This document shows positions 9,880 to 23,660 of a stretch of DNA of 64,000 bases, one piece after another. Numbering within the stretch: position 1 is the stretch's first letter; each line of letters opens with the position of its first letter. The notes beneath the pieces were generated by a model. That model had not been told where the DNA came from and ran no database searches. It worked only from the letters and a program-made list of their open reading frames with translations. Source of the DNA: Lytechinus pictus (taxonomy: Eukaryota); the NCBI RefSeq assembly GCF_037042905.1, contig NC_087263.1, positions 12,898,001 through 12,962,000 on the forward strand, read 5' to 3'. The position numbers were made by a program, and so were the translations under genes.

Positions 9880-12420
9880 TTTATTCATTCATTTAGTTAT
9901 TTATCTATTTATTCATTTATTACAAATCTTTATCCAAAGCTTGTTCAGCTTAATACAAAAAATATGTCAAATTACACATTTATGTACCATTAAAATGTTC
10001 ATTTAAAATAACTGGACATCCACAGGGCTCTGCATTATTATCTTGTTACGATACCGCAACAAATAACAATGAAAATTTAGTTTTAAATTTGATTTCCTTT
10101 GTTTTTTATTACAGGAAATAATCAACCATACACTAAACAAATCAAAAATAATAATGATCTTACATCTCTTGAAGGTTGGCGAAGTTTCCTTACATAAAAG
10201 TTCGCAATGATAGCGATCATGAAATTGATGTTGAAGCACGATAAATAACAAGGGTCACTGTAACGAGTTGAAATTTCTGTGAAGATGATGTTGATGACGA
10301 TTAACAGTCAATTTCAGCAATCCATACGTTAAAAAGCGTTCATTAAAACAGGTTGATGATCTCGATGAGAACTGAGAATTTCTCTCTCAAAGTAACTGCA
10401 AACAGTTCATTGATGGCGTGCAAATAATTCCACAGAAGATAAATGTTGTATTCCAGTTGGAAATAAACTATGCTCTGACATAAAGTCTGGTGTGAAACTC
10501 TGAGTTCTGATCTGTGTATGATGATGATGTCCTTGAAGAAACTGCCAGCTTATATTTATATACAAATATTCACTATTCTGGAAGCTTCTAGTATTGTCTT
10601 TAAAAAGAACGTTATCCTTCTTTCTAGAATAGTCCACTTCTAGAAGACTCTTGAATGACCTCGGTGAAATTAACAATGTAAACAACATAGCTAATCCTTT
10701 TGTCCTTTTCACTGCCACTAGGAGTCTATGGCGTAGCAATCTAATGTCTATCTTTGAACATTCCAAAAATAACAAAAATTACTCCATCTCATTAAATATA
10801 GTGCCTAATAAAGCTTAACTGAGACATTCTGGAATATTCTTAATTATTCTATGCTATGAATATCCTTAAAGAGGAAATAACTAAATAAATGAATGTAATT
10901 GCTCTTACAATTCTACTTATATATAAGAATCTACATACATAAACGCATAGGCCTAATTCATTACGCACATAAAACCAAAAATTTCATTTAAGAATCATCA
11001 AAACAAAAGAAAAGAAATATTAGAGGAGACGACATTATGCGTAGCAAAATCAGACTCAGAAGGATAAAGCAAAATAAAGCGGTAAGAGGGAGAGAGGCAA
11101 ACAGAGAGAGAACGAATATGAGAGAGATGCATGTGTTTATATAGAGAGAGAGTTGAGGAGTTAAGAAATAAAACATCTGACCAATCAATCATAATCTATT
11201 CTTAAATAATAGCATAGGAGATAAAATAAATTGAAGAGGTAATTATGCACCCATAATAAAACAAAATAGCATGGACTGTAAGTATGAGAAGTGATTCCGA
11301 ACTGAGATGGCATTTAGTTTATTTTTAGTAGTAATTTAAAAGAAGCTGGTCGATTTTCTAGTCACGTATCATCCGGAAGGTTGTTCCCTTTTGTGGCACC
11401 AGAATAGAGTAAAGAGTTTTGGTAAAAAGGGATAGAACATCTCGGGAGTCTTATAATCATTTTATTTGATTGTCTAGAATTTCTCATTAGTACTGTGTCT
11501 AGTAATACAATTCTTCTTAAACGTATAACTGGGGCAAGTTTATGTTATTTTAAACATTGTGCAGCAAGCATTTTCCAAAAGAGTTTGTCAAATATTGGCC
11601 AAGATAATGTATTAAATACCTCATTGGACGGGGTTTCCCAGGTTAAGTGTGAAATGAAGTATACTGCTCTTTGATGGAGGTGATTAGGGATATCATAATT
11701 GACATCACTTCTCCATATCTATACAATACAACTGTAGAGAATATGGGTATCACATATCTCCAGTAAATCTGTGTTGATTGCTCTGCGGAGAAGATAGATC
11801 TTTATCTCCTCAAAATACCCAACGTTTGCTTGACATCTTTTGCTCTTTAGTTTGTATGACTTTCAAAATCTAGATATGAATCAATAAGCACACCCAGACA
11901 TCTTTATTCATTTTGATTTTACATCTAAAATAATGTATATATTTTTTTGCAATGTGCAAACTCTTTGCCGTGAAAAAATAGCACTGCCTTAGTGTTATCG
12001 ACATTGGGAATAAGCTTGTTTTGAATTAATCATTCATGTGTTCGCTTCATTACTTCATTAAGCTGTGTTTCAATGTCATGTTTGGAAGAACCTGATACAG
12101 AGATGGTCGTATCATCTGCATCTCCATTAGAAATACTCTTTGTTAGGTCATTTTGAATAAAACAAACATCAGTGGGCCAAGAACCGACCCTTGAGGAAGA
12201 CCTTTATCCACATCTTTGATTGTAAACTTGTTATTTTTTCAGAATCATATTGTTTGCGATGGAAAAGATACGAGTGAAACCATTTAAGACTGCTCGCGCT
12301 ACAACTATATAATTGCTAATTTATCTTTAAAAAACTTCATGGTTCACAATGTCGAATGACGTAAGTCGAGAAAGATCAGTCCATTCCTTTTCTTATTGTC
12401 GACGTTACGAGACCATCATC
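9880..12420 (-). mobile_element. Highly decayed non-LTR retrotransposon (CR1/L2-group) RT region
   Basis: Minus-strand remnants IFLDL..FDIVNH (~12340-12378), GLPQGSVLGPLMF (~12165-12203) and ADDT (~12108-12120). (ATTT)n-like tail near 9870-9920; many stops. Confidence 0.65.
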
Positions 12421-14615
12421 TAGGCATTATGTTTATAATTGTTCTGTTGTCTTATACTATTGCATTCTCTTTGTTTTTATTGTACATCCATAACTTGTAA
12501 TTTCATGAGCTTGCTGGGGTACATATTATAAAAGGAATCACCTCCTTTCTACTCACCCCTTACACTCTCATTATGTTTATACCTTGTGTATTGTCATTTT
12601 ACTCCTTATATTTATCTCACCTTATGTAATATTTGTATGAAGTTTGTAATGTGTTTGTATGATGATTGTTGGATAAATTTGAATTGAAATAAAAATGAAG
12701 TCGCCTTGCAAAGCACTCTTGCAATTAAAACCTTGCGTTTGTAATTGACTATCCGGGCCAACAACCTATGTAACCTGTCATTCGCTCTCCCCTGTTACAC
12801 TTATTCAACCAATCTCTGGCGTACTGATGGGGGGGGGGGGGCTTGGGTGCCACTTACCACCCCCAAAAAGTTAACGAACAAGAAAAGAAAAGAAGAAAAA
12901 GGAATGGAAAGGAAAAGGTGGTGGAATATGGTATTGTAAGATCTATCACAAAACAACTTTTATTTTAAAAGAATAAGATGTGACACGGGCCAATGAAGAA
13001 TTTCATTTGAATCATGTACACGTGACAACACTTAAATATATTGTTTTGCTGTAAAATGAATATTCAATATTCCATGAACACAGCATAATGTTTAAATCCA
13101 AATACAAAGGTCATGATATCATTATTTTATAATAAGAGATTTCTATAATATCGATTTAGTATTTAAAATCGTGTTATATAAGCAACAGATGTAATGTCGC
13201 TCTTGTCGCTCAGGTGAGAATTCCATGAAATTTATCGGATGCTTTTTCCGACAGTTACCATAGTAACAGTACTTCATGGCCAATCAAAATCAAGGAAAGT
13301 TGTCAGATCGGACAACAAATCGGAAGACAGATGTTGATTAAACGTTAACTGGAATCTGTACTCGGGTGAGTAATGTTTTCCAAGAAAGCATCAGGGGAAA
13401 ATACACGGGGCCTGGGGCGATTTAGCCCCCGAAATGCTTACAAGAGCCCTGGAATATTAAAAAGGATCTCTGGAATTCCCCCATTCATCTCAATATTAAA
13501 GCTCATCCAATGTTGCTTATTTAGGAAGTTGCGAAAAGTAGCACCCGAAACTTGAGAAAAAAAATGCCTGCAAAGCATATTGAAAACATCATGTTCAGCT
13601 TTGTCTTTGACATTAAAACAAAGAACAAACAGAGAAAAATCTTTGAATTAGGCATCATTTTCAGCATGTGTGTAATATTTAGGGATATCATAATTCCGCT
13701 CATCAGGGGGCATTTCCGTTCCCCTAAAAACTCAATGCATGTCAATAATTAACACGTGGGAAGAAAACAAGCGGAGTTTTATATGACCTATCTGCACGAG
13801 GGAGCAACAAGCTCTTACGTTACTATATGTATCTAATATTCGCTATGATTATGATGTATCGGCGGTAAACATGAAATAAATTGCTGTTTGTTTCGGCGTA
13901 TTACTTTGTTGTTGTCGTTGTAAATCTAGGTGGGGGTCATGTGTGGCTGCAGTGAGCGTAGTTGATATTTGTAAATTAAAGCGAAATTCTGTATGCATGC
14001 TATGAGTTCACGCGAGGTTGTTTTCTGACTCATCTTCCTGTCTGCTGATTTAAAATAATATAAATATTCATTAATTATTCATGAATATTTATCGTTTATT
14101 CATCAATATAAAGATTATTTATCTTTTAAAGCTTATCAAGGCCACAGGGACACAATTCGCGTTACTTAAAAAAATGCGGGGAACTCCCCGGCATCACCCT
14201 AATTCCGGAGCCCATATACCTGTATTATGCTTTAATGAATTAAATTTCATTCGCATTTTCATACCTAAATTCATGAAATGAAAATAGTAAATCGTGGAAT
14301 GCATGTTGTGTGAATAATGAGATGCTTAGATATGCTTGGGCAAAAGTTGAAATATATGTTTTTCCTAATGTATAAAGTCGATTCCTGCTGATGATCTAAC
14401 ACCTCTTCTGTCTGCAAGGTTTGTTCATCAGCAAAGAGGTGAAGCCCATGTTCTACTTGGGCGGTCAGGTCGTCGATGAACACAAGGAAAGACAGTGGTC
14501 CTATTGCACTTCCCTGTGGCACACCAGTAGATAGGGTGTTGTATATTAAAGTGCAACCATCTATATTGCCTGCTGCTTATTTGCTAAGAATGAAGACATC
14601 AATCCTATATACTGT

Positions 14616-14932
14616 GGCCCGTATTCTGAAGTCAGGTTTAACTTAGACCAAGGTCTAACTCCGTGCTAAAAATTATGGGGAGCCAAAAATTCAAAAATTA
14701 TGTTTATATTGTATATTTGTTACGTTTACTATCTTGTTTCCTTTTGCTTTCATAATGAAGAAAAATATTTCAAAATACCTCAGTTATCATTCCCAGACAA
14801 CTATGAACAAGTTTGGTGTCGTATGGATAAATAAAAATAATGTGTACTGTTTTGTGACCCAATTGGTACTCCATAGTTAAACCACAACTTTAAACCAGGG
14901 TTTAATTTAAACCTGAGTTCAGAATACGGGCC
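14616..14932. mobile_element. Harbinger-type MITE
   Basis: TIRs GGCCCGTATTCTGAA.TCAGGTTTAA ... TTAAACCTGAGTTCAGAATACGGGCC; 3-bp TSD TGT. Second family member at 24892-25401. Confidence 0.85.
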
Positions 14933-15007
14933 TGTATGTCTCCATATTTGCCAAAGAAAGGCAATTTGGTCAGATAACGGCGATGCCAAACACTGTCAAA
15001 CACCATG

Positions 15008-15262
15008 CACTGTAAAAAAAATATTTGGTTAAATTTTAACCAGCACGAGGGTAATTATGTCTCCCATCAATTTGGACAGTATTTTGCCCAATGCGAGAAG
15101 CATATTGCCCAGTAAGGTTAAAAAGTTAAGCAGCAAATACTTTAGAATGGGCAAAATTTTCACCACATTGGATAAATAAACATGCCCAAAAGAAATGCCC
15201 AATGTTGGTTGGACACATAATTACCCTCATGGAGCATTTTTACCCAATATTTTTTTAGAGCG
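15008..15262. mobile_element. CACTA/EnSpm-type MITE
   Basis: CACTGTAAAAAAAATATTTGGTTAAA ... TTTACCCAATATTTTTTTAGAGCG. A related right end lies at ~60480-60586. Confidence 0.7.
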
Positions 15263-18039
15263 ACTCTTTTGATTTCTAGAGCCTAATCCTGACTAACAGC
15301 CAATGAAGTCACTACACCATTGGGTGATATTTGAAAGTTTTTCAACGGTGGAATTGTTCTTCTAGAACCATTTTCTGCATTGCTCAGAAATTGGTGACGT
15401 TCAAGATGTTTTCGAATTATGTCGTCCATTGTTTTCTCCATTGCTTCAAGATGATTGGGAAGAAAGAACACGGTTCTGTAGTTAAATAAATCTTGTTTGT
15501 CCCCTTTCTCAATTAAAGCTAATCAATTTCTCCAATTAAGCATGCCATGCAATTTAGAACACAAATGTGATATGACCCCAAACGCAATTTTCATTACTTA
15601 ATTTTGGGGCGAAATTCGAAGAAGAAGAGAGAGAAAGAGCAGTAACAAAAAGTTGAAAATAAAGATTGAAAATAAAGATTTTTTCCCGAGCTTTATCATA
15701 TTACTTTTTTGATCTAGCTCCGATGACGCTTATTTTTCAATAACTTTTAGAGAAAGAAAAATCTCACCGTCCTTAATCATGGAAGGGACGGGGGCGCTCC
15801 CAAGCCAGAACAGATTCAAGAAAAAAAATGATGTATTATAAAGTGCCCTTTACGAGAAAGAACATCATATAAGTCTTTGTCGACAAATTTGTGAATCAAA
15901 AGAGCCATTTCGTCCTGGATTCTAGAAAAAACAACATGTTTGCATTTTTCGTTGGCTGTTAAACTGTAATTCAATTTCAATTCGATTCTTTATTCCATTT
16001 CCATTAAAAACATAATACAAAGTAATATAAAGTAATAGAAATCAAATCCAATTTTACAGACGAGTATTCTTACTTCGTAAAACACACCCAAAAAAAACAA
16101 GTATAATATTGAGCATAAATGGAAATGAGGGGGGTCCACTAAAAAGCAAGGCTTGTAAAGTGTGGATCCCCTTGGAAATGAAGAAAATATAATCGACTTA
16201 TTCATATATGCGCTTATATACAGGAAAGAAAAAAGAGAAGGAACAAAAAGGTCGAAATCATATTGATGTAAACATGATTACAGAACAAGTGCAAATCTAT
16301 TCACATAAAGAGGTCTTCACTGTGAAGGATATGTTGCGCAATAGACAGAAGAAAAAGCAGAAGAAAGACAGAAGAAAACTGTTGTTAGGTTCACCAATTT
16401 TTCTACAAAGACCTCACAGCTGTTCTTTGTCATTTGACGGGTATTTTCAATACATTGACTGTGTTCTTGAGCACGTCGTACGTGGCGGTGTGAAAACTTA
16501 TTTCATCGTGCAACGTGAGTCGATTTTGAATTTTCCATTGCTGCCTGATATTTCATTTCGCAGCACAACGCCGCAGGCATGATCTAAAACTAATCTGTGA
16601 TCTTAACACATCTATATATTTGATTGATATGTACAGCGATATGTCTCCGGTCACCTTTCCTTTATGACGCGTGTGAAAGGTAGACCAATACTTAATATTT
16701 CTATTTTGTTTCATCCATTTAAACTCAATTACTGCTATTGATCGGTGAAACCCGTATGGGATATCCTAAACGAGCTGACATATCAGAACTATGATTAATG
16801 AAAACTACTTCAGATGTATACCCTTCAACAAAAGATATCGGTAGCTTCAGATTTCATAACGTATATAGCTCTTGACGCAGAATCCTCTCTCCCATAAAGG
16901 GATATTCCGGGCTGCAAATATCTATTTCTAAATTAAAGTAAAAGTGATCGACAAAAAGAAGAGATTAAAATCTGATACCAAATAATGTATTTATTAAATT
17001 TTACATTTTAGCATTATTTTTTTCATAACAGTTATACGCACTACGTCATGATTATTGAGTAGTCAGGCCTTAACTATATTAATGCTTGTCTGACTTGGGT
17101 GACTTTTTCAGTGTGTTGTTTGTCCTTTTAGCTTGATATGTTAAAAGCATATCATTTTCAGCCTTTAGTACTACTTTAATGTCGCACTCTCCTCGTTATT
17201 TGTGCGCAGTGAGGCAGAATTCCTAACTCACAGATTCCCGCGTCATATAGGACAAAAGCGAAAAAAAAAATCACTTATAGCAAGACGTTAGCTTAATGAA
17301 AGTCAGGTGGATAATAAAACGAATCTGTCCAAGAATAATAGAAAAATTTGACAAATTTGAAGAACTTCACAAAACAGATTTTTAAAGATTTTTTTTTATA
17401 CATCAACCTTTTTTATATTTTATTTTTAGATATTTGTTAACCTGCTTAAAACAGAGTATTAATTCCATTAATTTTGTAATAAGAAAGAAGATGAGGAAAG
17501 TCATGAAACAAATTAGAAGAAGAAAGAAGTTTAGAAAGGAGGTGGAGCAAAAAAAAAGGGGGGGAAGAAGAATGAGACAATTTCATGAATATGTGTTAAA
17601 ATTAATTGTAATTATCGTGATTATATTTGACCACATCAATGTCTGTTTCTCTTCCAATTCTTTTGTGTTTCGATTTCTGCTTTTTCCCCTGCTTCTAAAG
17701 CATGATCGCTAGAGGAATAAATCGGAAAACAATTAATCAAGGACAGCAGCATAATGAGTCTTGGACGTCTTGCTAATTTGATTTTTACATTTATTTTAAA
17801 GGGAGTTTACCTTCTGTAAAGGCAATAAAGATTGGATGCCACGTGAAATTTCATACGCCTATTTCCAATTCAATTCAATCAATGGTTAATCATAAAAATG
17901 AATACATGTAACTCAATAGACCGAATATTTTGTGTACGATGAAAGTATTTATATACACACAAAAAATGGTTACGATTATGCTTTGCGTGATTTAAACAAT
18001 CAGACGATTGCAAAATGATCAAATGATTGCAAATGATAA

Positions 18040-18260
18040 TGATGATAATGGTGATAATAATAATACGAAGGTGCTTGTATACCGCATACCACTGCCGATG
18101 TACGCCTCTATGCTCTTAATAGGAAAATAGACAAAATCAAAAAACTGCTTAAACAAATAAGTTTTGAGGCGACCTTTGACTGTATTGAGCATGTAGATGC
18201 CTCCTTAATGGAAGATGTGATTGTATTCCAAAGTTTAGAGGCAACATAACAAAACGACCT
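18040..18260 (-). mobile_element. L2-like LINE 3' tail fragment
   Basis: (AAT)n tail followed by CTTGTATACCGCAT, resembling the tail of the 26790 element. Confidence 0.4.
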
Positions 18261-18459
18261 CTCTTTCTCTCTCATTTCCTATTCATTACCGGCGAAAACA
18301 CAAAAGAGATATAAAAAAAGACGAGACGTTACCATTACTAGGTTCAATATACAAGGACATTTAATATGTAATAAAGTCCCGAAACATTAAAAGGGTGCAT
18401 TGCTTAGGGTGTATATCCAAAGCCGGTATTAAAACCCTCCCTTTGATAATTGTAAAAAT

Positions 18460-18565
18460 TATAATACGAATAATGACAATGATAATAATGATAATAGATA
18501 ATAATAGTGATAAAAATAAGAATAATAATGATAATAATAATAATAATAATGCGTAATAATAATAA
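18460..18565. repeat. (AAT)n-rich microsatellite
   Basis: Degenerate ATA/ATG trinucleotide run. Confidence 0.85.
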
Positions 18566-19024
18566 CTCGCTTTTATATAGCACTTAATAAATCGGAAGGA
18601 CATCTCTAAGTGGTTTATTTCATCGTTTGTACATTATATCTCCAAGAAGATATAAATCGCATACACTTCCCTTATAACGATTTAGTCATCCTGTATGAGT
18701 TCTTTGAGCTCTAAACTAAATTTGTCTTTTCCAAAATAGAGACTTAATGCTGCATGGATACAAAATAAATGATGTCGCCCTCTACATAAGATAATCCAAC
18801 GACAAAGAGGGGAAAAGAAAAAACAAGAGAGGAAGAGAAAGACGAAGGAGGAAGGGAAGAAGAAGAGGGAACGAAGTAAGACCGTACTGTATTGCATTTC
18901 ATTAGCATAGTTTTGCAACCACTACGCAGACGCCTTTACACTGCAAAAACTCCGGTGTTGATTTAACACCAGCCCGGAATATAAAAATGTCCACACCAGA
19001 GAAGTGTTAAACAACACTAGTTTC

Positions 19025-19160
19025 AGCGTCTTTGCTCATTGCGTGACGAAGTCTAGCAGCTTGCAGACGAAACGTCGCTTTCCTCCTACGTTTGATACAT
19101 CGTGAGACAACTGGTTATTTCTTCTACTCAATCCTTCACCAGGATGAACCTCTTCCACAT
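19025..19160 (+). mobile_element. Penelope-like pseudo-LTR fragment with degenerate minimal hammerhead ribozyme
   Basis: Flanked by a 13-bp duplication CAACAC(T/C)AGTTTC. Contains (G)TGACGA-A-GTCT.GCA..TGCAGAC-GAAA-CG-TC at 19043-19076. Confidence 0.6.
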
Positions 19161-19186
19161 CAACACCAGTTTCGTTTTGGTCTAAC

Positions 19187-20270
19187 CAGTCAAACCGCAG
19201 GTCCCTATGCAAATGAGCAAAAAGGCCAGATTCATCCAAATCATCTCGTGGCTGAATCCTCCTCCTTGTAAAATCTCGTGATTCGTGAGATTTTCTTTCT
19301 CTAAGAATTTACCTGTTTTTACCTCAAGTTAAATGAAATATTATTGCACCATCAGATAGAGTAAAAGTTACTCTTTAATATTGGTCATTTATTTTGTATA
19401 CAATATTTTGTTAAATAAGTAAATTTCTGGCCTGAAAATGTGCCTCAAAACTGAATTTTCTTCCTCTGTTTTCTTTGGCAAATTGTGCAAAACTTTTTAT
19501 TTTGAGCCTCAATGATATCTATATCACCATAAAGCTGAACTTCTGTACTTTCTCACAATGCCACTCTTGATATGCGGCACCTTTTAATCGGGTCAAGATC
19601 ACACTTTTCCCACCAAGGTACAAGACGAGATTTCTGAAATGTTGTACTTGCATGAAATCCAGAGTTCTGATTGGCTGGATAAGGTTCACAGAACAACAGG
19701 CGCGGGGTATTTGAGGAGATTACCACATGGGAAGTGTGACCTTCCCACGAACCCAGGCACTGGAACCGTTGGAATTTGCCATTGTGTGGTCTTTTTGACC
19801 AATCAGAGTGCAGTATTCTTGTTTTCAAGCTGCTTTATGTACTTGGTAAATGAAAAGTGTGATCTTGACCCGATTAAACCAATTCTTATTTTGAAACCTA
19901 TATCATTTTAAAGCATACATATTCAGCTTTATCATGATATAAAAATCATTTGGGCTCAAACAAAAATAAAGTGTGAAAATAGCAGCTTTTGTCAGGTGAA
20001 AATATTTATTTTGTAGCATATTTTAGATCAAAATTTTAACCTATATTACAAAATCTTTGAATAAATCCAAACACATGACCTGAAAGAATGATTCTTCTTC
20101 TTTACAATGGTACCAAATTCATGAAATTCGATGCACAATTAGAGCAGCAATGACCGAATGAAAAGAGGTGTTTTGGTCCGCATCAAGCTCATTAAATATG
20201 CAAAACATCTCAAGTCATGAATATCACTTGGAGGAAAGAAGCCACTTTCTTGGGACCTGCAGTCTGACTG
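19187..20270. mobile_element. 1084-bp non-autonomous DNA transposon, 4-bp TSD
   Basis: TIRs CAGTCAAACCGCAGGTCCC ... GGGACCTGCAGTCTGACTG; TSD TAAC. Internal inverted repeat ~19500-19625 vs ~19835-19962. Confidence 0.85.
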
Positions 20271-20378
20271 TAACACCAAAAAGGTTGTTATACAACACCA
20301 ATTACAACACCAATTGAAAACAGCATTGCTTTGATTCCAAACTGGTGTTGTTTCAATACTTCTTTGGTGTGGACATAT

Positions 20379-21170
20379 GAATAATTTAGTTGCAAAAGGG
20401 CTTAGGTCCACTTTGGACCATTCTGAGAAAAAACATGTTTTTTTATTCTCACTTACTGCAATATTCTTATGAGAAACTAAATTGTCATGATTTGGGTATA
20501 AAAGAAATCTACCTGTCATAATTTTTTTCTATAAATTCTTTTTAAAATTATCATTGTGAACCTAACCCCTTTTGCAAGTAAACTGAAATTAATCCATTTT
20601 GTTTTCATTAAAAAAGTGATTTTTCTTTGCCACTTTTATTCACGTTTTCATGTAAATTTCAAATTGTCTTTGTTTTCATTAAACGACTAAAAATTTAGAG
20701 GTTTTGAGACAGAAAACAATAAAATTTATGAACAATGGACCTAACCCCTTTTGACAAATGAGCTCTTCAGAAGAGTTTGTTTGCAAAAGGGGTTAGGTCC
20801 ACTCCAAGAAAATCATTTTTTTAATTCTCCTATATTGCATATTCTTATGCGAAACTAAATTTTCAAGATTTCCTACCATGGCAACATAAAATCGGGTATA
20901 AAAGAAATCTACCTTTATTCATATTTTTTTAAATATTCTTTTCCATAAAAATTCGGTGTGGACCTAATCCCTTTTGCAACTAAAGTTAAATTGTCCTAAC
21001 CCCTTTTGAAAAAAAAGTGATTTTTCTCTGCCATTTTTGATCACTTTTGAATAGGAATTTCAACTTTTCTTTGGTAACATCTTATAGAGCTACTAAAAAT
21101 CTACACATTGAGACCAAAAAATCAAATTTGATGAAAAATGGACCTAACCCCTTGTGCAAGTGAGCTCTTC
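20379..21170. mobile_element. Head-to-tail dimer of a ~390-bp GAAGAG-ended MITE
   Basis: Monomers 20379-20768 and 20770-21170; TIR GAAGAG....TTGCAAAAGGGGTTAGGTCCA. A single ATAT TSD flanks the dimer. An inverted monomer lies at 37405-37791. Confidence 0.85.
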
Positions 21171-22766
21171 ATATATAGATTCCCGGCTGGTGTTAAATCA
21201 ACACCGCAGTTTTTTGTAGTGTACAACGAATCAATTCATTTGAAAACGCAAGTCAAACCACAATAAATAGCTACAAGGTTTTGGTCCAAAGTTCGTGGAC
21301 CGGAACAACAGATCGCCCGAAGATCCGGACCGGACGAACAACTGCAAATATGTCGTTCGTCCAAGACGAAACTATTGTTTCACCGATTTTCAGCAAACGT
21401 TGTTTTGTCATTGAATGGAGCGCCTGTGAGGTGATTGCGATCATTTACTACTGTCTCCGAAACGCCCAAAATGCCAGAGTAATATAAAAAAATAGATATT
21501 CATCTTACTCTCCATTTTCTTTTTTGTAAATGGTTTTCTCCGGGTTTCTTTCTCTACAAAAAAGGTCATAATATATAAAGGGGTCTTCCATTGATGCCCA
21601 AATATATGTGGTTTGAACAATATGCAAAAAAAAAAAAAATTGTGACAATTAAACATTTTGCATATTTTACCATGATTATGCAATGCGCGTGGTGATACCA
21701 TCTTCTCAAAATGCAAATGATATTCATTTCTGAAACTCATTTTTTAACAAGGGAGACACGTTGTTACACTGATGTAGGAGATGTCATTTTTTTTAATTGA
21801 GTAATAAATAATAAATAGGGGGAATGACGTATTAAGTGCACGGATTGTTTATTCATGTATATATTTAGAAATTATTTTGGAATATTAGAATTTCAATAAC
21901 TTCATTATTTTTTAAATCAGATTTAGGAGAAATTTTAAGCATTTTCTCTACCTATTGTGTCCAGTCATAGGAAAACGTTTAGACTTCCCTCCTCCCCTTC
22001 CTCTCGTCAACAATTCTTGTTTATGTTGATACCCCTCCCTCAATCCCGTTGTTATTATTTTACAAAATCTAATTAAGATATCAATGAATCAATTGATAAA
22101 AATATTCAATGAAGGTTTAAGAAAAATACATCAAAGTCTTAAAAAAGTTATTAGAAATGTATTGTTGTGACGTCATTAGCAAGCAGTTTCCCTATAAATC
22201 AATGGAATGTGATTTTTCAAAACATGATAATAAAAAAAAAAAAATTTTGCCCCTGAATTTTTTTTTAATCATCATAATTCATGAACCAATTAAAAGTAAA
22301 AAATTATCGCATTTTTTCATGACGTAACATATGGGACAGCTGCTCGCATGTTACGTTACAAATACAAAACTTTAAATCCTATCAATTTTCCTAATCTTTG
22401 ATGGATTTTCCTTAAATCTTCACCGGTATTGGGTTTTTTTTCTGGCTTGTTTACAAGAAACTTTTAGTGAGGTTTAACTTCCCCTTTAAAATCATTCAGG
22501 TTGGTCAGTATTTGTTGTCATGTTATTCGGCCGCATGTATATTAAATGTAAATACTGTTTTAAATGTATTTCATTATTTTTTTCGTGATTCATTTCATAA
22601 TCTAACACATGTGTCTCCAAGATAATACATAACATTTCTATTTGTTTATATTGTTGTTTCTTCATTAGTAGAATTTGTGTGATTATGTCAGCCTATATTG
22701 TTTGTAACTGTTATTTTATGAAAACCAATAAAAACTTATAGATGGTTTTATGTAAAGGGTTCTAGC

Positions 22767-23022
22767 CATTGGCGGCGGAAGCCCAAAACTTTAGGGGGAA
22801 CCACCAACATTTTTTGATAAGCAAAAAAAAACCAAAAAATTTAAGGGGGACGCAGGAAACAAAATTGACAAGCAAAAAACAAAAAAGTTATAAACCAAAA
22901 TTTTTTAGCAAGCAAAAAAAAAAAAGGTTGTCAATTAAATGTTTAGGGGGGATCGTCCCCCCACCTCAAATTTAGGGGGGGGGGACACGTCCCTCACCCC
23001 CCCCCCGCTTCCACCGCCTATG
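22767..23022. mobile_element. hAT-type MITE
   Basis: TIRs CATTGGCGGCGGAAGC ... GCTTCCACCGCCTATG; perfect 8-bp TSD GTTCTAGC. Confidence 0.9.
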
Positions 23023-23389
23023 GTTCTAGCCGCTATTGATAACCTGTAATAAACCGATATAAATTATTTAAAAAATATCTTATTTCCAGCACTGCCATGA
23101 GGTAAAAATAGGAAGCGATGTAAAGGCATGCTTGATTTCGTATTAATAATAAAATTAACAGGTATTGCAAAATAACATCACAACCATTTTTCATTCATAT
23201 ATGACATGAATATAGTATTCATATTATGAATTTTATTCTTTCAACGTTATGATGTTTTTCTCTCTTCCTTTTTCTCATATATATAAAAAGGAAGGGCCAC
23301 TGCCTCCTGCCTTTAAACGTTTATTTTTTTAATATCTACAGATCAAATATTGGGATTTCCAATGGTATTATATGTTTATAAAATGATCA

Positions 23390-23660
23390 AAATTTCACAG
23401 TGTGTGGCACAGTGTCTTCACAGTGTGGAACATAATTTGAAATCACATTCACAGTGTTAAATATGTGCATTTCAACAGTACGATTCACACGTTCACATAG
23501 TAGAGCATGCGAACAGTCACACTGTCGACGTGTCCACAGTGTGAAAATACATTTACACTGTTGGGATTTGAAAACTAACCAAAAAACAGTGTGAATAATA
23601 TATTCACCTAGTCCACTTTGTGAACACACTGAGGTCATACTGTGTGACACTGTATTTCTT
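23390..23660. repeat. ACAGTGT/ACACTGT-rich interspersed repeat family
   Basis: Dense CACAGTGTG/ACACTGT motifs. Similar blocks at ~44230-44480, 50900-51170, 52390-52810 and 63265-63675. Confidence 0.7.

Larger units (their letters stand above)
14390..15520 (-). mobile_element. CR1-type LINE RT fragment split by two MITEs
   Basis: PQGSAIGPLSFLVFIDDL..LHLFAD in ORF 14271..14522, and the upstream block NYRTV..MEKTMDDIIRKHLERHQFLSNAENG at ~15360-15485. Confidence 0.75.
18939..21221. mobile_element. CACTA-type MITE (same family as 43472-43714) hosting three insertions
   Basis: TIRs CACTGCAAAAACTCCGGTGTTGATTTAACACCAGCC ... GGCTGGTGTTAAATCAACACCGCAGTTTTTTGTAGTG; 2-bp TSD TA. Removing the inserts restores the reverse complement of the intact ~243-bp copy. 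Confidence 0.9.

Noticed and set aside
19036..19239. Protein-like ORF MDESGLFAHLHRDL
   Set aside because: It runs across three different nested repeat fragments, so it is a chance frame.
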